Of a stretch of DNA of 32,000 bases, positions 18,875 to 29,873 are shown in pieces. The stretch's first letter is position 1; every line of letters starts with the position of its first letter. The notes under the pieces were generated by a model. That model was not told the origin of the DNA. It saw only the letters and a program-made list of their open reading frames with translations, and ran no database searches. Source of the DNA: an uncultured Methanosphaera sp. (GTDB lineage Archaea; Methanobacteriota; Methanobacteria; Methanobacteriales; Methanobacteriaceae); assembly GCA_946537725.1 (NCBI GenBank), contig CAMNFZ010000004.1, forward strand, positions 6,534-38,533. The letters are read 5' to 3'. The position numbers and the translations under genes were made by a program.

Positions 18875-21736
18875 ATGGTTTCTGAATTAGAAAAGAAATG
18901 GCAAAAGAAATGGCAAGAAGAAAAATTATTCGAATCAAATCCCGATGATAGGGAAAAAATGTATGTGACTGTAGCATTTCCTTATCCAAGTGGGGCAATG
19001 CACGTAGGACATGGAAGAACATATACAGTTCCTGATGTATATGCGAGATTTAAAAGAATGCAAGGATTCAATGTACTATTTCCAATGGCATGGCACGTAA
19101 CAGGGGCACCAGTAGTTGGAATAGCAAAGAGAATAGAAAGACAAGACCCATGGACATTGGACATATATAAAAATGTTCATCAAGTACCAGACGACGAATT
19201 AAAAAAATTTGTAGAACCAGAATACATAGTAAAATATTTTAGTTCAGAATATCATGATGATATGACTCATATGGGGTACTCTATAGATTGGAGACGAGAA
19301 TTCAGAACTATTGACCCACATTATCAACAATTTGTAAGATGGCAAATTAGGCAACTAAAAGATAAAAACTTAATAAGAAAAGGTTCACATCCAGTAAAAT
19401 ACTGTCCATCAGATGAAAATCCAGTAGGAGATCATGATTTATTGGAAGGAGAAGGAGTTGGAATTAACGAATTAACTTTAATTAAATTCCCATGCGGTGA
19501 AGACTTCTTAGTTGCAGCTACATTCAGACCTGAAACTTTATATGGAGCAACAAATTTCTGGTTAAATCCTGATGAACCTTATGTAAAAGTAAAATATAAT
19601 GGTGAATCATGGATTATAAGTAAAGAATCATTTGAAAATATCATCCACCAAAAAGAATCTATGGAAATTGTTGAAGAAGTAAATCCTAAAGACTTCATAG
19701 GTAAAACTGTAACAAACCCAATAACTGGTGATGAATTACCAATTTTCCCTGCATCCTTTGTTAATCCAGATTATGCAACAGGAGTGGTTTTCTCAGTACC
19801 TGCACATGCACCAGCAGATTACATAGCACTTGAAGATATTAAAAACAACCAAGAATTAATAGATGAATATAATTTGCAAGAACAAGTTGATAACATAAAA
19901 TTAATCAGTCTTGTTAACTTAAAAGGATATTCAGAATTCCCTGCAAAAGATTTTATCAAACAATTTAATGTACAAAATCAGGAAGATGAAAAATTAAAAG
20001 ATGCAACCAATGAAGCATATAAAACTGAACATGCAAAAGGTATCATGAATGAAAACACAGGGGAATTTGAAGGAAGACGAGTTGCTGATGTAAGGGATGA
20101 AGTTATTGAAAAACTTGTAAATGAATCAATAGCAGATAAATTATATGAATTTGCAGAAAAACCAGTAATTTGTCGTTGTGGATCAAAATGTGTAGTAAAA
20201 GAATTAGATGATCAATGGTTTGTAAAATATTCTGATGAAGAATGGACTAAAAAAACATATGAATGTCTTGATCAAGTGGAAGTTGTTCCAAATGAATTAA
20301 AATCAAACTTTGAATATTACCTTGACTGGTTAGAAGATTGGGCATGTTCAAGAAGATTAGGATTAGGAACTCACATGCCTTGGGATGAAAAATGGTTAAT
20401 CGAACCATTAACCGATTCAACAATATATATGTCTTATTATACGATTGCAAAATATATGAAAGACATAAAACCTGAAGATTTAAATGATGCATTCTTTAAT
20501 AAAGTATTCTTAAATCAAGATGGTGCAAATGATGGTTCAGTTAACAAAATATCTCCAGAATTAACAAAACAAATTCAAGATGAATTCAATTATTGGTATC
20601 CTTTAAATTGGAGATTATCTGCTAAAGATTTAGTTGGAAATCATTTATCTTTCCATATGTTCCATCATGCTGCAATATTCCCTAAAGAATATTGGCCTAA
20701 AGGAATCACAGTATTTGGTATGGGATTGTTAGAAGGACAAAAAATGTCTTCATCCAAAGGAAATGTAATCCTATTAAGTGAAGCAATAGATAAATATGGT
20801 GCAGATACTGTCAGATTATTCTTAATGTCATCTGCAGAACCATGGCAAGACTTTGATTGGAGAGAAAAAGAAGTAAATGGTATTCAAAGAAGATTAGAAT
20901 TAATTCAGGAATTCCCTGAAAAAATTGAATCATTAATTGGAGTACCATTAAAATTAACTTTAAACAATGAAATTCCAACAGTAACTAAATCATTAAATAA
21001 ATGGATAATAAGTCAAATCAACCAAAAAATTGGAATGGCAACAGAAGCACTAGAAGGATTCCAAACAAGAAAAGCATTACAAGCTAGTTTGTTCCTATTT
21101 AGAAAAGATGTGGATTACTATTTAAATAGAATTACATCAATTGAATCTGAAGAAAAAGAAACATTAAAATACATACTTAACACATGGATTAGATTGTTAT
21201 CTCCATTTGTACCATATACAACAGAAGAAATATGGGATAAATATAATGATGATGAAGTATTCATGTCATCAATTGCATGGCCAGAAAAAGATGAATCTGT
21301 AATTGATAATAAAATCGAGAAAAGTGAAGAAATAATCCAAGATTTAGCAAAAGATATAAAAGAAATTATTAAAATCACCAAATCTACTCCTGAAACAGTA
21401 CATTTATACACTGCTCCAGACTGGAAATATGAAGTATATGAAATAGCTCAAGAAGTAGGAAAACCAAATGTTGGTGAAATTATTGGTAGATCTATGAAAG
21501 CAAATTTACATGATAACAAAAAAGAATTATCTAAATTTGCAACCAAAGCTGGTAAATCATTTAATAAAATAAATTATGTTGGAAAAATAGATGAAGTATC
21601 TGTAATAAATGATGCTAAAAATTATCTTGAAGGGGAAATAAATGCTAAAATTAAGGTTTATTCCGAACCAACATATGATCCACAAAATAAAGCTCAAAAT
21701 GCAACACCATACAAACCAGCAATATTCTTAGAATAA
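18875..21736 (+). CDS. leuS: Leucyl-tRNA synthetase, archaeal type
   Basis: The HIGH motif is HVGHGRTY and the KMSKS motif is KMSSSKG. The N-terminus [17 protein letters not shown] is typical. I prefer the ATG at 18875, which has GGAG upstream, over the track start at 18851. Confidence 0.95.
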   Translation: MVSELEKKWQKKWQEEKLFESNPDDREKMYVTVAFPYPSGAMHVGHGRTYTVPDVYARFKRMQGFNVLFPMAWHVTGAPVVGIAKRIERQDPWTLDIYKNVHQVPDDELKKFVEPEYIVKYFSSEYHDDMTHMGYSIDWRREFRTIDPHYQQFVRWQIRQLKDKNLIRKGSHPVKYCPSDENPVGDHDLLEGEGVGINELTLIKFPCGEDFLVAATFRPETLYGATNFWLNPDEPYVKVKYNGESWIISKESFENIIHQKESMEIVEEVNPKDFIGKTVTNPITGDELPIFPASFVNPDYATGVVFSVPAHAPADYIALEDIKNNQELIDEYNLQEQVDNIKLISLVNLKGYSEFPAKDFIKQFNVQNQEDEKLKDATNEAYKTEHAKGIMNENTGEFEGRRVADVRDEVIEKLVNESIADKLYEFAEKPVICRCGSKCVVKELDDQWFVKYSDEEWTKKTYECLDQVEVVPNELKSNFEYYLDWLEDWACSRRLGLGTHMPWDEKWLIEPLTDSTIYMSYYTIAKYMKDIKPEDLNDAFFNKVFLNQDGANDGSVNKISPELTKQIQDEFNYWYPLNWRLSAKDLVGNHLSFHMFHHAAIFPKEYWPKGITVFGMGLLEGQKMSSSKGNVILLSEAIDKYGADTVRLFLMSSAEPWQDFDWREKEVNGIQRRLELIQEFPEKIESLIGVPLKLTLNNEIPTVTKSLNKWIISQINQKIGMATEALEGFQTRKALQASLFLFRKDVDYYLNRITSIESEEKETLKYILNTWIRLLSPFVPYTTEEIWDKYNDDEVFMSSIAWPEKDESVIDNKIEKSEEIIQDLAKDIKEIIKITKSTPETVHLYTAPDWKYEVYEIAQEVGKPNVGEIIGRSMKANLHDNKKELSKFATKAGKSFNKINYVGKIDEVSVINDAKNYLEGEINAKIKVYSEPTYDPQNKAQNATPYKPAIFLE

Positions 21737-21762
21737 GATAAAATTCTTATTCATTTTTTTTT
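21731..21762 (+). terminator. Hairpin plus T-tract after leuS
   Basis: An 8-bp stem GAATAAGA/TCTTATTC (21731..21738 and 21745..21752) spans the TAA stop. It is followed by T9 at 21754..21762. Confidence 0.45.
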
Positions 21763-21831
21763 CATAAAACGAAAAATTTAATATTAATAAGTAACAAAGA
21801 TATTTTTAGTATTTTATACTAAACTATTAAT

Positions 21832-21903
21832 GCCTTGGTAGTGTAGCGGATATCACGAGGGACTGCGGATCCCTTTACCGGGGTTCAAATCCCCGTCAGG
21901 GCA
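21832..21903 (+). tRNA. tRNA-Arg (anticodon GCG)
   Basis: A manual cloverleaf fold works. The acceptor is GCCTTGG/TCAGGGC, the anticodon stem AGGGA/TCCCT, the loop CTGCGGA (anticodon GCG), and the T-arm CGGGG-TTCAAAT-CCCCG. The discriminator is A, the length is 72 nt, and CCA is not encoded. Confidence 0.9.
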
Positions 21904-22019
21904 CTATTTTTTTATTATTTTTAAATTTATTTTAATGTTATTACAATTTGTTTTAAATACTTCTTTATACTACTATCTACATAATAATTACTAGAATTAA
22001 AAAAAATTTAAGGGATATT

Positions 22020-23522
22020 ATGGTAAATATTGGAATAGTAGAGGTAAATGGTATTTTAACATTATATGAACATTTTGGACATTTACCAACAGATGTAGTA
22101 AAATCTGATGGAACGTTAGAAAATGGAAAAAAAGCTCATGAAGTATTAGATGGTTTAATAATACCTGGAGGAACAATAGTAGAATCTGAAACATTAACTC
22201 CTGAATTAGCAGAAGAAATTAATTTAATTAATGACAATGATGGATTCATACTTGGAATGTGTGCTGGTTTCCAGATATTATCTAAAAAAGTAAATGTTGG
22301 CAGAAATTCACCTGTTCCAATAATAAGAGAAGGATTGGGATTACTTGATGTGACATTTGAACCAATGATAAACACTAATAAAGTTAAAGCAGAAATAGTG
22401 GATGACACAACATTATACACAAAAAATCTTAAAGATACTACTGTCACAGGTTTCCATTGTCATACTTATGGACAAATTGAATCTAAAGATAAAAATGTAA
22501 TCTATTCAGATATTCAAAGAGCTAATTACAGACATCAACCAAAAAGAGTTCTTTCAGGAGTTACTAATAAAAAAGGAAACATTTTGGGGACTACTGTGCA
22601 TGGTATACTTGATGAAAATCCTGCTATTGTTAATAACATTTTAGAATATGTGGATGCAGTGGAACAATATGAGGATATAAAATCACGAAATAAGAAGCTT
22701 CATGAAAAAGTATTTAATGAAATAGCTATAAATACTGGAGAAAAATATGTCCCTAAAAATGCTCATCCTGAAGTACCACCAATGATAATGTTGATGGGAA
22801 CAGGTTCTGAATCTGGAAAAACATTTTTATCAAGTGGTATAGTTGGTGCATTACGTCAAAGAGGAATTCATACGTATGTTATCAAAGTTGGACCGGATAT
22901 AAGAGATTTATCTCCAGCATTATATGTTAACAAAGAAAAACTTCAAAATTGGGCTTCAATTAAAATAGGTGATATCGGTTGGATGCCATTAGATCAAATT
23001 ATTGAAAATGTTAAAGGAAAAGGTTATGATTTGGTTTTAATAGAAGGGGTTATGAGTGCTGCAACAGGATTACTTAATGAAAAAGTCCCATATTCAACTG
23101 CTGAAATAGCTTATGCAGGAAATATTCCTGTTATAATGGTTTCAAGTGTAAGTAAAGGTGGTATAGAAACTGCTGCTATAGATATCGAAGCTCACATTAA
23201 TCTTCTTAATAAGATGGATGTAAAAACAAAAGGAATAATCTTAAACAGAACTTATGATGAAAAAATAGTGAATCACGTGTCTGATTTCTTATCTAATAAA
23301 TCTGGAATAAGTAAAGATAATATATGGAGTATTTCTAAAGCTAAAGTTGAAAATAGGGGTCAGGTTCCAGAAGATTACTTGCAATTAGAAAATTTCACTA
23401 AAGCTGCTATTGATGTAGTGAATAAAGATTTGGATGTAATGAAATTTGTAGAATTAGCAGAAATTCCTAAATTTAGGAATTATTTAACATTTGAAGAAAT
23501 TGTAAATATATATAAAAAATAG
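22020..23522 (+). CDS. Two-domain amidotransferase-like protein with inverted domain order: an N-terminal CobB/CobQ-type glutamine amidotransferase and a C-terminal CbiA/dethiobiotin-synthase-type P-loop ATPase
   Basis: The N-terminal half has DGLIIPGG, LGMCAGFQIL, GLGLLDVTF, VTGFHCHTYG and GTTVHGILDENP. The C-terminal half has MLMGTGSESGKT, IKVGPDIRD and LIEGVMS. It is a single 500-aa ORF with AAGGGA 5 nt before the ATG. Confidence 0.65.
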   Translation: MVNIGIVEVNGILTLYEHFGHLPTDVVKSDGTLENGKKAHEVLDGLIIPGGTIVESETLTPELAEEINLINDNDGFILGMCAGFQILSKKVNVGRNSPVPIIREGLGLLDVTFEPMINTNKVKAEIVDDTTLYTKNLKDTTVTGFHCHTYGQIESKDKNVIYSDIQRANYRHQPKRVLSGVTNKKGNILGTTVHGILDENPAIVNNILEYVDAVEQYEDIKSRNKKLHEKVFNEIAINTGEKYVPKNAHPEVPPMIMLMGTGSESGKTFLSSGIVGALRQRGIHTYVIKVGPDIRDLSPALYVNKEKLQNWASIKIGDIGWMPLDQIIENVKGKGYDLVLIEGVMSAATGLLNEKVPYSTAEIAYAGNIPVIMVSSVSKGGIETAAIDIEAHINLLNKMDVKTKGIILNRTYDEKIVNHVSDFLSNKSGISKDNIWSISKAKVENRGQVPEDYLQLENFTKAAIDVVNKDLDVMKFVELAEIPKFRNYLTFEEIVNIYKK

Positions 23523-23524
23523 TT

Positions 23525-23554
23525 AAAAGAATTATTTTTTAATTCTTTTTTTTT
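23525..23554. terminator. Bidirectional hairpin/T-tract between convergent genes
   Basis: A 10-bp stem AAAAGAATTA/TAATTCTTTT (23525..23534 and 23540..23549) has a T5 loop and is flanked by T-runs. It lies between the stops at 23522 (+) and 23565 (-). Confidence 0.5.
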
Positions 23555-23564
23555 CATTGAATCA

Positions 23565-23990
23565 TTATATTTCTTCTTTGATTGATTCAATTTTCTTTTC
23601 TAATGTGTCTTGTTTTATAATCATTCCTAAAATATTTGATAAGTTTAACATATTGTCAACTACTATTACTCCTTTGGCTTGTAATAATGAGTATATTGTT
23701 TTAACATTAGAAGAAGGTATATCAAAAATTTCACCATCAACGGTTTCCCATTTTGTTTCATATTTGGTGTCTTGATTTTGATTTTTATATAATTTAACTT
23801 CTTTAGGATAAGCGTTGATAATTGTTTCATCTGTTTGAACAATTGGTTCGGTTATCTTTGTTTGTTTAATTGTTGATATTTCTATAATTTTTTCAGGTGG
23901 TACGATTTTTAAGTATTGATTTTCTCCGATTTTTCTTAACATTGATTTAGTTACTATGGCCGTTGTAACTAGTTCATAATCGTCTGCCAT
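23565..23990 (-). CDS. Hypothetical protein (141 aa), no family recognised
   Basis: I chose the ATG at 23990 (MADDYELV...) because GGGAGGGA lies 5 nt upstream. The track start at 24023 lacks a Shine-Dalgarno. The C-terminus looks like a coiled-coil (DTLEKKIESIKEEI). Confidence 0.5.
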   Translation of the reverse strand: MADDYELVTTAIVTKSMLRKIGENQYLKIVPPEKIIEISTIKQTKITEPIVQTDETIINAYPKEVKLYKNQNQDTKYETKWETVDGEIFDIPSSNVKTIYSLLQAKGVIVVDNMLNLSNILGMIIKQDTLEKKIESIKEEI

Positions 23991-24129
23991 TGTATCCCTC
24001 CCGGAATACGGTTTAAAGTTCACATGTCATGTTAATGCTATTAATTTATAATGTATCAATAGTAATTAACTTATTTACTAAATTTATTTTTATTTTTTCT
24101 ATTTAATATTATTTTTCATAAATTGAATT

Positions 24130-24525
24130 TTAATCTATTGTAATTGTAATGTTGACTTTTGATTTGTCTTTTAAGTTCATTGTTTCTCTTAATTTTTCTT
24201 CTGCTACAAATTCTATTGTATCCATTTTATGAACTGTTTTTGTAGGAAATAATATTGCTCCATTTTTTGTAAGTTCATTGTTTGAAATTTTAGCTTTTAA
24301 AAAGTATACATCGCCTAGTTTATCATTTCCTTTTATAATTTTTAGGTTATCTATGTATTTTTCTTTGAGATTAATTTCAACATTACTTTTTAGTTTAACA
24401 TTTAATGTTCCAGCAAATGGCTTAAACCCTAATTTATTTTGATATTGTTTTTGATAAGTGTCTTTTTTAATGAAAGTTCCGGCTTTTCCTAACCCGGAAA
24501 TTACAATTCCTTCAAATTTCAACAT
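24130..24525 (-). CDS. ribK: CTP-dependent riboflavin kinase (archaeal RibK, MJ0056 family)
   Basis: The motif GIVISGLGKAGTFI...YQKQYQNKLGFKPFAGTLNVKL matches the archaeal riboflavin kinase signature. I prefer the ATG at 24525, which has GAGGA upstream, over the GTG at 24543. Confidence 0.8.
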   Translation of the reverse strand: MLKFEGIVISGLGKAGTFIKKDTYQKQYQNKLGFKPFAGTLNVKLKSNVEINLKEKYIDNLKIIKGNDKLGDVYFLKAKISNNELTKNGAILFPTKTVHKMDTIEFVAEEKLRETMNLKDKSKVNITITID

Positions 24526-24676
24526 TAATATATCCTCTTTCACTGATTTTTTTTATCTTATCTTAATTTAAATATAATATATATTTTAAAAAACATAAAT
24601 ATAATTAGTTATATTTTATTAAAATTTAGTATAAATATTTTATATAATTCATTAGAAAAAATTTGAGGGTAAATAG

Positions 24677-25540
24677 ATGAGTATACGTATAGCAATACCT
24701 TCCAAAGGAAGAATTAGTGAACCTGCGGTAGAACTACTTGAAAAAGCAGGTATAGGATTAATAGATAACTCAAACAGAAAACTTTTCTCACATACATTTG
24801 ATCCAGAAATAAGTGTAATGTTTACTAGAGCTGCAGACATTCCAGAATATGTGGAAGATGGAGCAGCAGATATAGGAATAACCGGATTGGATCTGGTTAA
24901 GGAAAAAAAAGCAAATGTTGAATTATTGGAGGATTTAAACTTTGGATATACTAAGTTAGTTGTAGCTGCTCCTGAAGCATCAGAATATAAAACAGTAGAA
25001 GATTTAAAAAAAGTAAAGACAGTTGCTACAGAATTTCCGGAATTAACTAAAGAATATTTTTCTAAAAAAAATATGGATGTAAAAATATTATCCTTAACCG
25101 GTGCAACAGAAGTGGCTCCACTAATAGGGGTTGCAGATGTAATCTCAGATTTAACCAGTACAGGAACAACACTTAAAATGAATCATTTACGTGAAATAGA
25201 TACAATATTAGAAAGTACTATCATGCTTATTGCAAATAAAGATAGTTATAAAACAAAGAAAGAAAAAATAGAATCAATCCAAACAGGAATTGTAGGGGTT
25301 ATTCAAGCAGAAGGAAAAAAATTAATCATGGCAAATGTAAAAAAAGAAGATTTGCTGAACGTTAAAGAAGCAATGCCTGGTATGAGTGGACCAACAGTAT
25401 CTGAAGTCTATGGAAATGATGAAATTGTTGCAGTTCACTCAGTTATTTCAGAAAAAGAAGTATTTGAAACAATTAACAAACTTAGAAAAATTGGTGCTAA
25501 AGATTTATTAGTACTTCCGATTGAAAGAATATTAGAATAA
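24677..25540 (+). CDS. hisG: ATP phosphoribosyltransferase, long form
   Basis: The N-terminus is IRIAIPSKGRISEPAVELLEKAGI. The motif DLTSTGTTLKMN is present. A C-terminal regulatory domain is present, giving 287 aa. Confidence 0.9.
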   Translation: MSIRIAIPSKGRISEPAVELLEKAGIGLIDNSNRKLFSHTFDPEISVMFTRAADIPEYVEDGAADIGITGLDLVKEKKANVELLEDLNFGYTKLVVAAPEASEYKTVEDLKKVKTVATEFPELTKEYFSKKNMDVKILSLTGATEVAPLIGVADVISDLTSTGTTLKMNHLREIDTILESTIMLIANKDSYKTKKEKIESIQTGIVGVIQAEGKKLIMANVKKEDLLNVKEAMPGMSGPTVSEVYGNDEIVAVHSVISEKEVFETINKLRKIGAKDLLVLPIERILE

Positions 25541-25554
25541 AATAATTGATTTTT

Positions 25555-26334
25555 ATGAAATATATCAAATATCAAACAAAAGACAACAAAAAATATGTGG
25601 GAATATTAGAAAATGAATTAATATATCGTTTAAATTATTCTTCTATCATTGAAGCTATTAATGAAGAAAATAAATTTAAAAATGATTATTTAAATGATAT
25701 TCATGATAATTTAACTGATGTTAAAATATTAAATCCAGTTGAACCTACAAAAGTTGTGTGTGTTGGTTTAAATTATAAAGATCATGCGAATGAATTGGAT
25801 ATGATTCTTCCTTCAGAGCCATTGTTATTCTTAAAACCATCAACTAGTGTAATTACACATGATGAAACCATAATTTATCCAAAGGATACAAAAAAATTAG
25901 ATTTTGAAGCAGAATTAGGAATAGTAATACTCTCTGAAATTAACAATAAAAATAATGAAGGAAATTTAAATATTGCTTATACTATAATAAACGATGTAAC
26001 TGCTAGGGACTTGCAAGAAAAGGATGGACAATGGACCAGGGCCAAAAGCTTTGATACATTCTGTCCCGTAGGACCAGTAGTGGTTACTGGGATTAATCCT
26101 TTAAATCAAAGGATTTATTCAAAAGTAAATGATGAAATTAAACAAGATTCAAATACTAAAAACATGATATTCTCTCCAATGGAATTAGTTAAGTATATCT
26201 CAAATATCATGACATTAAATGCTGGTGATTTAATAGCAACAGGTACACCTCCTGGAATTGATCACTTAGAACATGGAGATGAAGTTGAAATAATTATTGA
26301 AGAAATAGGAATTTTAAGAAATATTGTTAAATGA
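25555..26334 (+). CDS. Fumarylacetoacetate hydrolase (FAH) family protein
   Basis: The FAH-fold C-terminal domain motifs are present: VGLNYKDHA, FLKPSTSV, DFEAELGIV, NDVTARDLQ, AKSFDTFCPVGP, GDLIATGTPPG. The stop overlaps an in-frame ATG (ATGA) of the next ORF. Confidence 0.8.
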   Translation: MKYIKYQTKDNKKYVGILENELIYRLNYSSIIEAINEENKFKNDYLNDIHDNLTDVKILNPVEPTKVVCVGLNYKDHANELDMILPSEPLLFLKPSTSVITHDETIIYPKDTKKLDFEAELGIVILSEINNKNNEGNLNIAYTIINDVTARDLQEKDGQWTRAKSFDTFCPVGPVVVTGINPLNQRIYSKVNDEIKQDSNTKNMIFSPMELVKYISNIMTLNAGDLIATGTPPGIDHLEHGDEVEIIIEEIGILRNIVK

Positions 26335-26345
26335 GGGATGTGAAA

Positions 26346-28016
26346 ATGAAAATTACTGAATATACTTGTGATGTACTGGTTATAGGTTCTGGTGGAGCAG
26401 GATGTAAATGTGGTATTATTGCAAGAAAAAATAAACAAGATGTAATAATGGTGTCTAAAGGTTTAACATTTAAATCTGGATGTACTATGTTAGCAGAAGG
26501 AGGATACAATGCTGTTTTTGGTTATGTTGATGAAGCAGATTCAATGCAATTACACATCCTCGACACATTAAAAGGTGGAGCATTTTTAAATGATTTACAT
26601 TTGGTACATGAACTGGTTTTAGAATCTCCAAAAAGATTAATAGAGTTAGAATCTTATGGATGTCTATTTGACAGACAAGAAGATGGACGTTTAAATCAAA
26701 GAGCATTTGGGGGACAATCATGTCGTCGAACATGTTTTAAAGGAGATCAATCAGGTCATGAAATGATGTTAGGTCTTAAAGAGGAAGTAATTAGAGAAGG
26801 TGTTAAAACACATTCAGAAGTAATGATAACTAAATTGCTCTTTGATGATGACCATACTAAAATAGTGGGTGCTATGGGAATATCATTAGCAGATGGTTCA
26901 TTAGTAATTTATCATTCTAAAGCAACAGTAATTGCATCTGGTGGATGTGGATGGTTATATCCGGTAACATCAAACGCTGTTCAAAAAACAGGGGATGGAA
27001 TAATAATGGCATATGAAGCAGGTGCTGATATGATGGACATGGAAATGGTTCAATTCCATCCAACAGGTATGGTTTCCCCTAAATCTCGTAAAGGAGTTTT
27101 AATTACGGAAGCAGTTCGTGGTGAAGGAGGTCACCTTATCAATACTGATGGGGAACGATTCATGATAAACTATGACTCTCGTCAAGAATTAGCAACAAGA
27201 GATATAGTTGCAAGATCTATTTACACTGAAATACAAGAGGGAAGAGGAACGGAAGATGGTGGAGTATATCTTTCAGTAACTCATTTACCAGAAGAACAAG
27301 TACAAACAAAATTACATACAATGGTTCAGCAATTCAAAGATGTTGGAATAGATATAATTAATGAACCAATGGTAGTTGCTCCTACAGCACATCATTTTAT
27401 GGGTGGAATAAGAATAGATGGTAATTGTGAATCAAATATCAAAAATTTATTTGCAGCAGGAGAAGCTACTTCTGGTGTACACGGAGCAAATCGTTTAGGG
27501 GGAAATGCTTTAGCAGATACTCAAGTATTTGGAAATATTGCGGGAGTTCAATCATCAAAACGAGCACAAGAAACTGATTTAGAACAACCTGACAAAAAAG
27601 AAATTGATGATGAAATAGGAAGAATTTCTTCTTTATGGACTGAAGGAACATATGAACCTGAAGATATAAAAACAGAAATTCAGGATATAATGTGGAAATA
27701 TGTTGCAATTGTACGTGATGAAGAAGGATTAAAACAAGCACAAATTGAATTGGATAAATTACAAGAAAAAACTAAAGATATGAATGTTCCATCTTATACT
27801 GAATATAATACTCATTTGGTAACTGCTTTGGAAGTAATTAGTATGATAAAACTAGCAAAACTTATAGTACAATCTGCTTTACTAAGGAAAGAAAGTAGGG
27901 GTGCTCATTATCGTATTGACTATCCGGAGAAAAATGATGCAGAATATCTTAAAAGTTTTGTTATAAATAAAAATAGAGAAGTAACCACAGTTAAACGTGG
28001 ATTATTTGATGATTAA
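26346..28016 (+). CDS. tfrA: Fumarate reductase/succinate dehydrogenase flavoprotein; in this lineage most likely thiol:fumarate reductase subunit A
   Basis: The FAD-binding N-terminus is DVLVIGSGGAGC. Further motifs are QFHPTG, RGEGG, HHFMGGI, GANRLGGNAL and ESRGAHYR. I prefer the ATG at 26346, which has GAGGGA upstream. The alternative ATG at 26331 overlaps the FAH stop. Confidence 0.8.
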   Translation: MKITEYTCDVLVIGSGGAGCKCGIIARKNKQDVIMVSKGLTFKSGCTMLAEGGYNAVFGYVDEADSMQLHILDTLKGGAFLNDLHLVHELVLESPKRLIELESYGCLFDRQEDGRLNQRAFGGQSCRRTCFKGDQSGHEMMLGLKEEVIREGVKTHSEVMITKLLFDDDHTKIVGAMGISLADGSLVIYHSKATVIASGGCGWLYPVTSNAVQKTGDGIIMAYEAGADMMDMEMVQFHPTGMVSPKSRKGVLITEAVRGEGGHLINTDGERFMINYDSRQELATRDIVARSIYTEIQEGRGTEDGGVYLSVTHLPEEQVQTKLHTMVQQFKDVGIDIINEPMVVAPTAHHFMGGIRIDGNCESNIKNLFAAGEATSGVHGANRLGGNALADTQVFGNIAGVQSSKRAQETDLEQPDKKEIDDEIGRISSLWTEGTYEPEDIKTEIQDIMWKYVAIVRDEEGLKQAQIELDKLQEKTKDMNVPSYTEYNTHLVTALEVISMIKLAKLIVQSALLRKESRGAHYRIDYPEKNDAEYLKSFVINKNREVTTVKRGLFDD

Positions 28017-28042
28017 CCTTCATAATAATTAAAAAATAAGTA

Positions 28043-28068
28043 AAATGATGTAAAATATTACATCATTT
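28043..28068. terminator. Perfect 10-bp hairpin between convergent tfrA and gatA
   Basis: The stem AAATGATGTA (28043..28052) pairs with TACATCATTT (28059..28068) around a 6-nt loop, in AT-rich flanks. Confidence 0.45.
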
Positions 28069-28097
28069 AATCCTAATTTTTACTAAAGTATTGGTGT

Positions 28098-29465
<1,368 letters not shown>

Positions 29466-29627
29466 GAATTCACCTTTAGTAAAAATTGTTGAAATTTTCT
29501 ATATGTATAATATATATGTATATCTATGGTATTAAATTTTTTTTTAATGCTTTTTTATTTTTAGTAAAAATTATTTTTTTAGGTTAAAATTTATATGTAT
29601 TAAAAATAATATATTATAACAATAACA

Positions 29628-29694
29628 AGTTTGTACTATCATGATGCAAACTATGATATATGGAATTAATAGTCTTGTACTCACATAAACTATT
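29628..29694. promoter_or_regulatory. Two related dyad-symmetric units in the long spacer upstream of mtaA
   Basis: Unit 1 is AGTTTG-N13-CAAACT at 29628..29652. Unit 2 is AATAGT-N15-ACTATT at 29668..29694. Both contain TTGTACT (29631..29637 and 29675..29681) and end in AAACTAT. Confidence 0.3.
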
Positions 29695-29873
29695 TTTTAC
29701 ATTTAATAGTTTAATATATTAAAGTGCGGCTTGTTAGCATGTAAATATATTTATAAATTAATAGAAACATTTAAAATACAATGTTGATATTTATAAAAAT
29801 TAAACAAAAAATGTGAGTTTATTTATTAAATAATTAAACTCTATATAATAATATTATTATAAAAGGTGAACAA

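Noticed and set aside
21832-22019. tRNA-Arg as a possible integration site for a mobile element carrying the unusual amidotransferase
   Set aside because: No integrase or recombinase gene is present. I saw no second copy of the tRNA 3' segment (GGTTCAAATCCCCGTCAGGGC) downstream. The genes on both sides are ordinary core functions.
29636-29700. Possible box C/D sRNA (TGATGC at 29642..29647; also ATGATGT near 28045)
   Set aside because: No box D (CTGA) lies at a suitable distance and there is no terminal stem. The second site is better explained as a terminator hairpin.
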